Positions 18,200 to 28,028 of a stretch of DNA of 40,705 bases are shown in pieces; position 1 is the first letter of the stretch, and every line of letters starts with the position of its first letter. A program made the translations under genes and the position numbers. The notes below the pieces were generated by a model, which saw nothing but the letters and a program-made list of their open reading frames with translations, ran no database searches and was not told where the DNA came from. The DNA is from a virus (Duplodnaviria > Caudoviricetes), in the IMG/VR virus record IMGVR_UViG_3300027007_000032, positions 1 through 40,705 of that record; one strand, 5' to 3'.

Positions 18200-18717
18200 G
18201 TAGCTTCGACAAGGTAAAGATGGAGCTGCCGAACGGCGACACGTTCGTCGGGCACGGCAATCTCGTCGTCACCGAATCCCAACAACCGTTCTACTTGCTC
18301 GACGGGTTTCAGTCCCTCAGGACCCTCGCCGAGAAGACGGGCGTCGTCGAGAACGACACTGCCTCGGCGTTCGTGGGATCGGGCGCCCGGGTCCGGACCT
18401 GGACGATCGAGTTTACCCAGTGGGAAGGCTCCAGCGACCAGTGGGGCTCGGCGGCCGACGGCGACGACGTCATCACCAAGCTCAACGTGCTCGGCCAATC
18501 ACTCGCGACGGCCGGCATCGACGGCCAGAGTCCGGCCACCCTCTCGTACGGCGAGTACTCTTCGGCCGGCCAATTCTCGCCCCAGAGCGTCGTCCCCGGC
18601 GAGATGCAGCTCGTGGCCGATCTCGGCCAGGACGGCACGCCGAGTAGCTTCCGGCCGCAGTTGGCCTGGCGCGACGCAGCCGACCTCTCCCAGGCGATCC
18701 ACTCCCTCGCACCCTGA
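18196..18717 (+). CDS. putative tail protein
   Basis: ATGA-coupled, within the structural operon. Confidence 0.6.
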   Translation: MSSFDKVKMELPNGDTFVGHGNLVVTESQQPFYLLDGFQSLRTLAEKTGVVENDTASAFVGSGARVRTWTIEFTQWEGSSDQWGSAADGDDVITKLNVLGQSLATAGIDGQSPATLSYGEYSSAGQFSPQSVVPGEMQLVADLGQDGTPSSFRPQLAWRDAADLSQAIHSLAP

Positions 18718-18720
18718 TCT

Positions 18721-19128
18721 ATGACCGACTACGATCTCGTCCCCAACGACTCGGCGCTTGATGGCGTCCGGTGCTACGGCGACTCGCTGGGGCCACTAAC
18801 TCGTGAGCAAGAGCACGGCGCCGCGATCGAGACTTTCGAGCCCGAGGTTGCCCCCACCACGGCTGCCGATGGGCTCGCGCCGGGCCAGATCAACTTCAAC
18901 GGCCAGTGGTTAGGGTCAGAAGCATCGGCGCTGGCCGACCGACTCCGCTCGATCGCAGCCGACGCCGGCACGACCGAGCTCACCGTCCAGGCCGTCGACA
19001 GCGCCGGCAACAACGTCGCCGACCCGGTCAACGGGACGTACGTCATCGCCGAGGACATCAGCGTCGAGCAGGTCGTCCCCGGCAAGGACGTCGCCTACTC
19101 CTACGACATCACGCTTTCCGAAGAGTAA
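18721..19128 (+). CDS. putative tail protein
   Basis: Beta-rich, ends YSYDITLSEE; within the structural operon. Confidence 0.6.
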   Translation: MTDYDLVPNDSALDGVRCYGDSLGPLTREQEHGAAIETFEPEVAPTTAADGLAPGQINFNGQWLGSEASALADRLRSIAADAGTTELTVQAVDSAGNNVADPVNGTYVIAEDISVEQVVPGKDVAYSYDITLSEE

Positions 19129-19162
19129 CACACAGACCACAGACCCATGACAGGAGGACCCA

Positions 19163-20080
19163 ATGCCATCCGGAGCCGGTAGTGCGACCGTCGCCTGGGC
19201 CCCCGAGCAATCGTATCTCGGCGGGACCGGCACGTCTCCAACCTACCGCCTGCCGGGCACGAACGTCACAGTACAGGACGCTGAACTATCACGCAATCTG
19301 CTGCAGATCTTGGCCCCCACCGACGTCGAGGCTCAGAACTACCTCGCCCAGCAGCTCGAGGGCGCTCTCGGTCTGCAGTGGACACTCACCAACGATGAGT
19401 ACCATCGCCTACTGTTCAACGACTCGTTCACCGGCTTCACGAGTGGCCTCGCGAACTCCGCCGAGTGGTATCTCGGTGTCGACTACGTCGGCGGCACGAC
19501 CGAGCGCCAGATCAAAGGCTGGGCCCCGGCGACGTGCAACGTCGAGTACAGTGGCACGACAGAGATGGTCACCGTCACGATGACCGGTGCCTACGGCGAC
19601 GAGGAGAAGAACACCTCGATCACGCCGGGGACGATCGCCGACACGAGCGCCGGCAATGAGGTCCCCGGACACGGGGCCAGCGTCTCGCTGGCGTCGACGT
19701 CGCTGGACGAGTACCTGCAGAATGCGACACTGCAGTTCGAGAACATCTCACGACTCATTCGTGGCGCGAAGCAAAAGCCGGTCGAGGCGGTCGCCGGCAA
19801 CGTCCAGGCGTCGGCCGACATCAACGTGATCTACGACGGCCCCGACCTCTACGAGCGGATCCTCGGGAGCGCCGGCGTCTCGACGATCCAGGAAACCGTC
19901 GACAGCGTCACGGGCTCGCTCACGTTCAGCGCCGCCGGGACCGAGCGCGCCAGCTACGACTTCAGCACTGTGAAGCCGGACACCTACAACTGGCAGGATC
20001 TGGTGAACAACGACGCCGAACTGCAGGAGGCAGTGTCGTTACTCGCGACGGGCACGACCGGGAGTGATCCGACAGCATGA
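19163..20080 (+). CDS. major tail tube protein
   Basis: AGGAGG RBS; N-terminal WAPEQSYLG motif; T/S/G-rich; precedes the frameshifting chaperone. Confidence 0.8.
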   Translation: MPSGAGSATVAWAPEQSYLGGTGTSPTYRLPGTNVTVQDAELSRNLLQILAPTDVEAQNYLAQQLEGALGLQWTLTNDEYHRLLFNDSFTGFTSGLANSAEWYLGVDYVGGTTERQIKGWAPATCNVEYSGTTEMVTVTMTGAYGDEEKNTSITPGTIADTSAGNEVPGHGASVSLASTSLDEYLQNATLQFENISRLIRGAKQKPVEAVAGNVQASADINVIYDGPDLYERILGSAGVSTIQETVDSVTGSLTFSAAGTERASYDFSTVKPDTYNWQDLVNNDAELQEAVSLLATGTTGSDPTA

Positions 20081-20562
20081 CTGGCACCGAGATCAACTAC
20101 CCGCCGAGCCGGACGTATCGTCTTGAGGGCACCCTCGAAGACGTCCAGGAGGAGATCGCCGCCCTCGACGAGGAGATCGCCGACCTGGAGGACGCCGCCG
20201 ACGTCGACGAGCAGGCGCTCGCCGAGAAACGCGTGCGACGGTCGAACCGTGCCGACCAACGCGACGCCCTGCAGTGGGCGATCAGTGAGTTCGGTGACGA
20301 CGCCGAGTTGACGATCGAGGCGTTCTCAACGGCGAAGCGATCGCGGACGCTGGACACGGCCAACCGGCAGACGATGGGCCAGCTGGGCAACAACCAGCTC
20401 ACCGACTGGCTGCTGGCCGCGGCGATCGTCGACGCCCCTTGGCTCGAGGGCGGTGAGAATCTTCGCGAGCGCTACGAGCTCGTCGGGGCCCTACCGCCAG
20501 CACTGACGGACTATCTCGATCGCCAGCAGGAGGATCTCAACGACCTCAACGAGGGAAACTGA
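20077..20562 (+). CDS. tail assembly chaperone (lambda gpG analogue)
   Basis: Between tube and tape measure genes; ends in slippery G GGA AAC. Confidence 0.8.
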   Translation: MTGTEINYPPSRTYRLEGTLEDVQEEIAALDEEIADLEDAADVDEQALAEKRVRRSNRADQRDALQWAISEFGDDAELTIEAFSTAKRSRTLDTANRQTMGQLGNNQLTDWLLAAAIVDAPWLEGGENLRERYELVGALPPALTDYLDRQQEDLNDLNEGN

Positions 20563-20729
20563 GGACGACCCGGCGGCTCGCTGCCGGCGAGCCAGCGGAC
20601 CCGGACCACGAGGCGCTGGTCCAGTTCGCCGTGGCAGCGGCGGTCGCCGACGGGCACGACCCACGCGAGGTGCGGCAGTGGGCTGAGGGTGACCTCATCC
20701 ACTACGCGAATTTCATACTCCTATCATGA
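20553..20729 (+). CDS. -1 frameshift extension (gpGT analogue)
   Basis: Heptamer 20553-20559; -1 frame open for 56 codons (LRTTRRLAAGEP...ANFILLS), stop overlaps ATG 20726. Confidence 0.8.
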   Translation, partial: GKLRTTRRLAAGEPADPDHEALVQFAVAAAVADGHDPREVRQWAEGDLIHYANFILLS

Positions 20730-21802
20730 CAGACTTCGAAACTGGTGCAGAACTGAGCATCACCATCCCCGAGCGCGAGCTCCGACAGGCACGTCGCGAC
20801 ATCCAGGACGGGATCGGGAGCGTCAACGTCTCGATCGAAAACGGGCGCGCGGCCCGGCCGGATGGTGGGGTCTCCAGTGCCGGACTCGCTGGCGGTGCTG
20901 CCGTCGACGAACTTGGCGACCAGACACAACTCCTCGAAGATATCCTCGACGAACTCGACGGTGGTGTGGGCGGTGGGGGCGGCGGTGGGGGCGGTGGCGG
21001 CCTGCTCGGTGGTGGCAGTGGGATCCTCGCCGGCCTCGGCCTCAAAAGCGCACTCGGCAGCGTCGGGGGCGGTGGCGGCCTCACGGGTTTAGCAGCCAGC
21101 AATCCAGTCGCTACTGGAGGGCTGCTCGGCCTCGGTGGTGCGGGGCTGCTCGACGTTTTCGGCGTCGATGATCAACTCCAGTCAACGGGGCAGGACGCCC
21201 GCCAGTCGCTGCCGTTCGGTGAGGAAATCGGTGACGCAGCCAACTTCATCCCTGGGCTCTCGATCGCGGCCACGCTTCCCGAGTTGGGGTCACTCGACTT
21301 CGGCGAAGCTGGCGACAAGTTCGATCAGGTGTGGCAGCAGCGTTCACGAGTCTTGCGCAACGTCACAGGAATCACACCCGCCGACGCCGACCTCTTCGCT
21401 GGGGACACTGGCAGCGGATCCACCAGCACCCGTGCGCTGACAGGATACGAACCGGCTGGAACGACGACCGGCCTCGACGACGCCCGCGAAACTGTGGCTC
21501 GCAACATCGGCGCGTCCGACGCAGAGGCGCGCCGAGCGGGGATGAGTCAGACCCAGAGCACCGTCGCCGACTACCTGACGTCTGGCAACCCGACGTCAAG
21601 CTCTGAGACGAACTCGACGACAAATGTCACAGTCAACGCCCCGATCGACGCGAGCGGGAACGGCGAGATCTCACCTCAGCAGGTGCAAGAACTCCAGCGC
21701 GAGTTCGAACGGATCGCCCAGGAGAAACTGACCTCTCAGGAGGCGGCGGACAACCTCAGTGGGACGATGCAGAACAACTTCAACAGTCTCTTCTCAGGAT
21801 AA
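20726..21802 (+). CDS. short tape-measure-like protein
   Basis: Follows the G/GT chaperone; G/A/L-rich; C-terminal TNVTVNAPID. Confidence 0.7.
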   Translation: MTDFETGAELSITIPERELRQARRDIQDGIGSVNVSIENGRAARPDGGVSSAGLAGGAAVDELGDQTQLLEDILDELDGGVGGGGGGGGGGGLLGGGSGILAGLGLKSALGSVGGGGGLTGLAASNPVATGGLLGLGGAGLLDVFGVDDQLQSTGQDARQSLPFGEEIGDAANFIPGLSIAATLPELGSLDFGEAGDKFDQVWQQRSRVLRNVTGITPADADLFAGDTGSGSTSTRALTGYEPAGTTTGLDDARETVARNIGASDAEARRAGMSQTQSTVADYLTSGNPTSSSETNSTTNVTVNAPIDASGNGEISPQQVQELQREFERIAQEKLTSQEAADNLSGTMQNNFNSLFSG

Positions 21803-23200
21803 ATGGTCACGATCAACGGCACCCAGCTGGATGGCGTCCGACAGGTCCAGGCGACGGACAACTCCAGCGGCACGCTCGGTCGCGCCGAGATCGTCGTCCA
21901 GGACTCCCCGACAGTCCGATCACTGACCAGCCCGGGCGCCACCGTCACCATCCCCCAGCCCGGCGCCGACTGGACGGGCTACGTCGACGGCGAGTCCGTG
22001 ACTGGGCGCTGGCGCACGATTCGGGCGATCGAGTACCGTGGCGAGCTCCGGGCGAGTCCGCTGCACACCGTCTTCTACGATGTCCCGCGCTCGGAGGGCG
22101 TCACGCTGGCGGCCACGACTGAGACCGAGCAGCGCAACCTCACGCCGATCCACGTGGGCTCGAGCACGACCGACTGGTCGTTCCGCGCGCCGGTCGCCGA
22201 GCTCTACGCCGGAACGCGCGCCGGGCTGTACAACTGGGGGACGGACAACATCTTCTTAGCCGCTCGCGAGGGACACTCCCAGACGCTCACGGCCACCTAC
22301 TCCAACGTCACCACTGACCAGATCCGCGATGGGATCTTTAGCCTGCAGACCCGGCTCCTGGTCAACGATCGCGGCGCCGGCTGGGACACTGAGATCGAAC
22401 TTGTCACGCCCGGCGGGACGACCTATCTCTGGGAACCGACGACGCCGTCGACGTTCCGAACGCTCGAGCTCCCAGCCGAGGAGGCCACCACCGACGGGCA
22501 GGTCTCCCAGACGGGGACGCTCCAGTATCGCTTTTCGCCACGTGCCTCACTGACGGCGCCGACGGGGATCATGATCGACAACGCCCACACGATCCCGTTC
22601 GACCGGGTCAACCGCGACAACGACCTCACGACCAACGGCGTCGAAGCCACCAGCGATTCGATCCGCCGGCGGGTCGACGTCCCAGTCGGGCAGTTTTTGA
22701 ACGTGATGGCCACCGAGGCCGACCGGGAATGGTGGGTCGACGACCAAGACCTGCAGTTCACGGATTCGGGCGGGAGCCAGGGCCTGGAGATTTCGACCGA
22801 CCAGCCCGTCTTCGACGTCGAGGACGATCGCGATTACCAAGCCGTCCGCAACGTCGTCGAGGTCCAGGGTGCCGACGGTGTCGGCGTCACCGTCCGAGAG
22901 CCGACGTCGATCAGCTTCTACGGACCAGTCCCACGACGAGAGCCGATCGTCGATAAGTCGATCCAGTCTGCCGCAGAGGCCCGCGAGCGCGGCGAGGGGT
23001 TCCTGGCGGACAACGCCTTCGACGACGGATCGATTACGTTCTCGATCCTCGACGAGCGCTACCAGCGCCTCTCTGCCGAGGACCTCATCCCCGTCGACTG
23101 GCCGCGGCTCGACCTCAACGGGATCTTCACGGTCGATAGCGTCGACGGCGACGATCCGCGAAGCCACGTTACGATCACGGCCAGCAGCGCGACCACGTAG
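21803..23200 (+). CDS. tail tip/baseplate hub protein
   Basis: WWVDDQDLQF, VRNVVEVQG, SISFYG, hub-like C-terminus. Confidence 0.7.
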   Translation: MVTINGTQLDGVRQVQATDNSSGTLGRAEIVVQDSPTVRSLTSPGATVTIPQPGADWTGYVDGESVTGRWRTIRAIEYRGELRASPLHTVFYDVPRSEGVTLAATTETEQRNLTPIHVGSSTTDWSFRAPVAELYAGTRAGLYNWGTDNIFLAAREGHSQTLTATYSNVTTDQIRDGIFSLQTRLLVNDRGAGWDTEIELVTPGGTTYLWEPTTPSTFRTLELPAEEATTDGQVSQTGTLQYRFSPRASLTAPTGIMIDNAHTIPFDRVNRDNDLTTNGVEATSDSIRRRVDVPVGQFLNVMATEADREWWVDDQDLQFTDSGGSQGLEISTDQPVFDVEDDRDYQAVRNVVEVQGADGVGVTVREPTSISFYGPVPRREPIVDKSIQSAAEARERGEGFLADNAFDDGSITFSILDERYQRLSAEDLIPVDWPRLDLNGIFTVDSVDGDDPRSHVTITASSATT

Positions 23201-23212
23201 ACCTAATCCACC

Positions 23213-24253
23213 ATGCCAGACCTCGATCCAGCCACCAAAGAGACCTGGGCCGGCCTGCGCGAGCAGGCCACCCGTCGCAGCGAGATCGCCGAGGAGGTCG
23301 CGGACCTCCGGGCCAAGCTCTCGGGCTACCCCAGCTACGACACGTTCGTCCAGGCCCGCAGCGACTACGCCGACTACGAGTCGACGCTCACTGCGCGGTA
23401 CACCGAGGTCGGCGAGATCACTGACGACGACGCCTCTCGGACGCGGACCGACCTCGAGGACAACATCTCGTCGTGGAGTGACTACCAGACCGGCGTCGGC
23501 AATCAGTCGACGTGGGACGCCTACCGGACCTACCTCACGAACCAGGGCCTCACGAGCGTCGAGGCGGACCGACACATCCAGCTGCTCCAGATCACGTTCG
23601 ACCCGGGCCAGACGTTCAAGGACGATAGCTCGAGCTGGTCGTCGTTCGCGGACTTCGAGACCTACCTGTCCAACAACGGGTTCTCGTCGAGCGAAGCGAC
23701 GAACTTCCGGAACAAGGTCGAGCAGCGCTTCGCCGACTTCGCGGAGTTCGACATGGAGATCCTCTCCGATGACACGCCCCTCCAGCGCCTGCTCTCGTGG
23801 GCCGAACAGCTGACCGAGGCCGGCGATCCCACGGCCGACACAGCACTGCGACTGTGGGACGTCTCCTCGCTCGCGATCGACGGTACGTCCATCCCGGATG
23901 GGGCACTCACGCTGCGAGGAGCGGATGTCCTCAACGAGATCGCCGGCGCGGCTGGCGTCGACGACGAGGACCAGTCAGCGATCACCTATTCGAATATCAG
24001 CGCCTCCTCGACGCAGATCACCGTCGGCGACACGATCACCGTCAGCGCCGACGTCACGAACAACACCAGCGACGACCTCTCGGACTTCACGGTCCCGCTG
24101 CTGGTCAACTCTCAGGTCGAGGATCGCAAGACGGGCTTTCTCGCCGCCAGCGACACGCGCACTGTGCCGTTTGACTGGACCGCGCCGGCGACCGGCCTCT
24201 ACACGCTCGCGATCGGGACGTCGGGCGGCGTCACCGTTCGCGTCAGGCTCTAA
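23213..24253 (+). CDS. tail protein with C-terminal Ig-like (CARDB-type) domain
   Basis: VGDTITVSADVTN...VPLLVN...VPFDW...GLYTLAIG; internal helical repeats. Confidence 0.7.
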   Translation: MPDLDPATKETWAGLREQATRRSEIAEEVADLRAKLSGYPSYDTFVQARSDYADYESTLTARYTEVGEITDDDASRTRTDLEDNISSWSDYQTGVGNQSTWDAYRTYLTNQGLTSVEADRHIQLLQITFDPGQTFKDDSSSWSSFADFETYLSNNGFSSSEATNFRNKVEQRFADFAEFDMEILSDDTPLQRLLSWAEQLTEAGDPTADTALRLWDVSSLAIDGTSIPDGALTLRGADVLNEIAGAAGVDDEDQSAITYSNISASSTQITVGDTITVSADVTNNTSDDLSDFTVPLLVNSQVEDRKTGFLAASDTRTVPFDWTAPATGLYTLAIGTSGGVTVRVRL

Positions 24254-24256
24254 CTC

Positions 24257-25234
24257 ATGGTCCGAAGACGCATCGAAGACGAGATCCGGAAGAACCGCGA
24301 AACAGCCGTCCGGCTCGAAGGTCAGGACTACGCTGTCGCAGCCACTCGTCGCCGCTCGCTGGAAGCGCCGGCCGGGGCGGTCGAGATCACGACGACGGCC
24401 ACGATCTATCGACGAGACCTCGGGGACGGGCTCGTCGTCAACCACCCCGGGCCCGAACACGGAGTCAACCAGGGCGTGCTGGGCGATCGGCGCACGGACT
24501 GGACGCAGATCCAGACGCTCGACGCCGGTGATGGCGTCTTCACCGCCAACGGGCGACTCGCGCTCGCGGAAGCCCTCGACGGAACGGGCACGGCACTGGA
24601 CACGCTCGCGACCGGCACCGACGGGACCGATCCCTCGACGACCGATACCTCACTCGGGAGTGCTGTCGAGGCCGTCGACGCGTGGATTACCCAACCCGAC
24701 GACCAGACGCTCCGTGCCGCGGCCGTCTTCGAGTGGCACGAGCTCGAGAGTACCGTCGCCGAGATTGGTGCCGACGCGACCGACGACACGCTGCTGACTC
24801 GCCTGGTCCCCGAGGAGATCCCGCTCGCGAGCGACGAGGAGGTCAAGGTCGAACTCGACCTCGAGTTTGCCCACAGTGGCTCCTCCTCGGCGATCACGGA
24901 CTGGTCCTCCATCGCCCACGCGCTCGATGGCGGGACGTCGATCGACCTCGTCGAACTGGCCCTGGGGACTGACGGGACCGACCCGACCGAGGGCGATACA
25001 GCGCTGGGCACCGAGATCGCCAGTCCCGAGGCGGCGGTCGCGACCGGCGCGAACGGCGTCTCCCTGGTCGCCGTGCTGCTCGAGGACGAGCCCGACACGT
25101 CGACGTACGACCTCCAGGAGGCGGGCGCGATCGCCGACGACGGCACGCTCGTCTGGCGGGTGACCTACGCGGCGATGACCAAAGACGACGAGCGGCCGCT
25201 GCAGGCCCGCTCGCTACTGCGATTCCAGAGTTGA
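24257..25234 (+). CDS. tail protein with duplicated collar-fibre-like domain
   Basis: LATGTDGTDPSTTDTSLG and LALGTDGTDPTEGDTALG. Confidence 0.7.
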   Translation: MVRRRIEDEIRKNRETAVRLEGQDYAVAATRRRSLEAPAGAVEITTTATIYRRDLGDGLVVNHPGPEHGVNQGVLGDRRTDWTQIQTLDAGDGVFTANGRLALAEALDGTGTALDTLATGTDGTDPSTTDTSLGSAVEAVDAWITQPDDQTLRAAAVFEWHELESTVAEIGADATDDTLLTRLVPEEIPLASDEEVKVELDLEFAHSGSSSAITDWSSIAHALDGGTSIDLVELALGTDGTDPTEGDTALGTEIASPEAAVATGANGVSLVAVLLEDEPDTSTYDLQEAGAIADDGTLVWRVTYAAMTKDDERPLQARSLLRFQS

Positions 25235-25238
25235 TACC

Positions 25239-25775
25239 ATGCCTACCTTCGACCCAATCGACAACGCTGACGCACCGCTCCACGACACCGATCTCCGGGC
25301 CTTCACCGAGGGGCTGGCCGGCAACGGCCTCCAGTCGGCCGGCGACTTCCAGATCACGGCCGGGACTGGCGACATGGAGATCGACATTGCGCCCGGCACG
25401 GCCGAGTACGACGGCGGGACATCCTCGCTGGGATCGACGTCGACGAAAACGATCACCGCGGCTGACTCGAGTGACACGCGGTGGGACGCCGTCGCCTACG
25501 ACACGGGTACAGACTCGGTCGTCATCCGCGACGGGACGCCTGGCGCTGCTGCCGTGCCTGACATCACAGGTGACGAGATCTATCTGGGCAAGGTCGAAAT
25601 CCCAGCTGGGGCGACGCAGATCACGGCCGACGAGATCTACAACTGGGGCGTTGCGGGTGGTGGGTCCGGATCGGGTGACTTCGACGCTGCGGACGGGGAC
25701 ACGCACACGGTCTATATCCAGGCTGGCTCTCCGAGCTCACCAGCCACTGACGACCTTTGGATCGATACAGCGTAA
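25239..25775 (+). CDS. tail fibre/adaptor protein
   Basis: IDIAPGTA, RWDAV, G.PG...VPD, LGKVEIPAGA..IT motifs; ends SPATDDLWIDT. Confidence 0.7.
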   Translation: MPTFDPIDNADAPLHDTDLRAFTEGLAGNGLQSAGDFQITAGTGDMEIDIAPGTAEYDGGTSSLGSTSTKTITAADSSDTRWDAVAYDTGTDSVVIRDGTPGAAAVPDITGDEIYLGKVEIPAGATQITADEIYNWGVAGGGSGSGDFDAADGDTHTVYIQAGSPSSPATDDLWIDTA

Positions 25776-25808
25776 TATATACATAGATATGACCAGACAG
25801 AAAACCAG

Positions 25809-27653
25809 ATGGAAAATACTGACCCCAACCCGAAACGAACGCGCCGATCACTCCTTTTTGGGCTTGCAGGCACAGCTGGAGTTGCCGGATTTGGGGCCGG
25901 AATTTTGGTCGGGACAACTGTTAAACCTCCAAAAAGCACCCCGTCAGAAATTGCTATTGGACCAAGACCGCCCGAAGCGAACGAAGGCGACCTTTGGGCA
26001 CAGGAGCCAGCCATGAGCAATTTTTATAATTATCCTACCTGGGGAAAAGCAAAGTTTTTCGATATAGGGTTCAACGCGAGCAATGGCTACGGAGGCGATG
26101 TCGACGTTGAACATATCAGCGGGACCTACTACACCGTTCTTCGGGACCCAGACACGGAGATCGTCATGATCTCTTCGACCGATCCCGCTGCGACGACCTG
26201 GACGGATGAAGGGACGCTGGCGACCGCCAGCGACACTGTCTATAGCTACGTGACCGATCCCGCGATCATCGAGGTTAACGGCACCTGGTATCTCTATTTC
26301 TCGGCTGGCAACACCACCTCTGACCAGGAAACAACCGAAATCTACGTCGGCACAGCATCGTCACCGACTGGTAGCTACACAATCCAGTCGACTGGCCTTG
26401 CTGCTGGCGGTGGCGGGTGGCGAGACTACGCGATTGGGGAGCCAGCTGTCTGTTACGATGAGCAAAACCAGCAGTGGGTGATGGCTGTGACCGGCGCACA
26501 AGACAGCAATACCAGCGAGCAAAGTAGTGGCCTCGCAATCAGCAGTGATGGAACGACCTGGTCATGGCTGGCGTCCAATCCAATCATCACCAGCGGGCCA
26601 AACTCCGACTCGACTCCAAACATCGTCGACCCCGAGATCACCTGCGAGAACGGGATGTTCACACACTACGCGAATGAGGGTACGACAAAATACATCCAGA
26701 AGTGGATCTCAACGGATCTGGATAACTGGAGTTTAGCAGATCACACGCCAGTAATCAAAGGCGATCGACCTGAAGATACTGGCGGCGGACCGTTCGCGCC
26801 AGCCGTTATCGATGTCGATGGGACCTCGCATATGTGGTACTCTGCACAAGGCGAAGACGGCAATTACCGTGTCTATGTCCGTGGCAAGCGACACCACGTT
26901 GGCGGTGAGGTAAGACGATACAACGGCTCATCGTGGGTCACGAACCCCGTCTTTAGTTACGATGGGAGCCGATGGCGTCGGACAAGCGCGGTTAACCGCT
27001 ACAATGGGTCGGAATGGAACCGTGCACCACCACTCCAGCAGCCGACGATAATCGATCGGTTCGAGGACCTCTCACTAAGTGAGTATAACACGTACGATCG
27101 GGATGGCGATGGCACGGTTACAGCGTCTGATACGTACTACTACGGCGGCTCGGGGGCGTTAGAACTGTCTGCACCAAGCGCATCGAATACAGATATGTCT
27201 GCACTGTCTAACAGCGGGTTGGATAACTATCCAAGCCGAGGACAGTCGTTCAAATATAATTTATACTTTGACAATAATAGTGGTCTGAACGCAACAGATT
27301 TTGTCTTTTTCGCTGGGAGTGGCTCGGGCACCCCTCGACCGGATGATTGCTATTTTGTTGAGACTGTCGTCAATGGCGAAATTAGACTATATGAACGGTC
27401 TACTGGATCTAATACGTTACTCGATTCGGCGGAGGTGACGTGGTCAAATTACGAGAAGCAATTTCTTGAAGTTGTGGTTAATCCACAAAGTGATGGTACG
27501 ATCTCAGTCACGCTTCGTGACATTTTAGAGAATCAAATAGCTCAAATCTCACCCAGTGACTCAACACACGATTCGGGAGGAGTTGGTGCTGTGGTGTTCG
27601 CGAATAATAACGATGTCACAGAAGTCTTCTACGACGAGTGGGAGTTTGTGTAA
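25809..27653 (+). CDS. putative receptor-binding/glycosidase protein: GH43/GH32-like beta-propeller plus C-terminal beta-sandwich
   Basis: Blade repeats DPAII...WYLYFS, EPAV, DPEI, APAVI..G..HMWYS; three Y(N/D)GS.W repeats; lower GC; alternative ATG at 26013. Confidence 0.75.
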   Translation: MENTDPNPKRTRRSLLFGLAGTAGVAGFGAGILVGTTVKPPKSTPSEIAIGPRPPEANEGDLWAQEPAMSNFYNYPTWGKAKFFDIGFNASNGYGGDVDVEHISGTYYTVLRDPDTEIVMISSTDPAATTWTDEGTLATASDTVYSYVTDPAIIEVNGTWYLYFSAGNTTSDQETTEIYVGTASSPTGSYTIQSTGLAAGGGGWRDYAIGEPAVCYDEQNQQWVMAVTGAQDSNTSEQSSGLAISSDGTTWSWLASNPIITSGPNSDSTPNIVDPEITCENGMFTHYANEGTTKYIQKWISTDLDNWSLADHTPVIKGDRPEDTGGGPFAPAVIDVDGTSHMWYSAQGEDGNYRVYVRGKRHHVGGEVRRYNGSSWVTNPVFSYDGSRWRRTSAVNRYNGSEWNRAPPLQQPTIIDRFEDLSLSEYNTYDRDGDGTVTASDTYYYGGSGALELSAPSASNTDMSALSNSGLDNYPSRGQSFKYNLYFDNNSGLNATDFVFFAGSGSGTPRPDDCYFVETVVNGEIRLYERSTGSNTLLDSAEVTWSNYEKQFLEVVVNPQSDGTISVTLRDILENQIAQISPSDSTHDSGGVGAVVFANNNDVTEVFYDEWEFV

Positions 27654-27687
27654 CCCACTCGTGAGCCCACTCAGTCTCGGCACTGCC

Positions 27688-27921
27688 CTACTCTACGCGA
27701 TCGCTCTTGGGGTGGGTCTCGCGCCAGTACTTCGAGACGACATCACTCTGCGGACAGTCTGGCAGGTGGTTGATCGCGTCGATGTTGCCTGCCGACTGCT
27801 CGCAGGCCTCGCAGATGACCTCGCCGGTGAGTTCGCCAAGCTTGTAGCCGTCCTCTGTGACAGGCGTGTCGCTGCGGCCGAGGCGGAACTCGGTGTCGGG
27901 GTCGGTGAAGCTCCGGGCCAT
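27688..27921 (-). CDS. small zinc-binding protein
   Basis: CEAC...H.PDC; last gene of the coupled leftward operon. Confidence 0.75.
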   Translation of the reverse strand: MARSFTDPDTEFRLGRSDTPVTEDGYKLGELTGEVICEACEQSAGNIDAINHLPDCPQSDVVSKYWRETHPKSDRVE

Positions 27922-28028
27922 CACTCTTTTCTGAGCCGCGCGAACGGCTTGCCCTGCTGGCGATCGTAGCCGATAGCGAGCTCGCGTGACGTCTTCGGAA
28001 TCGACGTCGTGAGTTCGACGCGCTTCAT
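27921..28028 (-). CDS. 35-aa basic microprotein
   Basis: MKRVELTTSIPKTSRELAIGYDRQQGKPFARLRKE; overlaps both neighbours by ATGA/TGATG. Confidence 0.55.
   Translation of the reverse strand: MKRVELTTSIPKTSRELAIGYDRQQGKPFARLRKE

Noticed and set aside
19129-19162. CACAGAC tandem repeat before the tail tube gene
   Set aside because: Too short to distinguish from an ordinary A/C-rich leader
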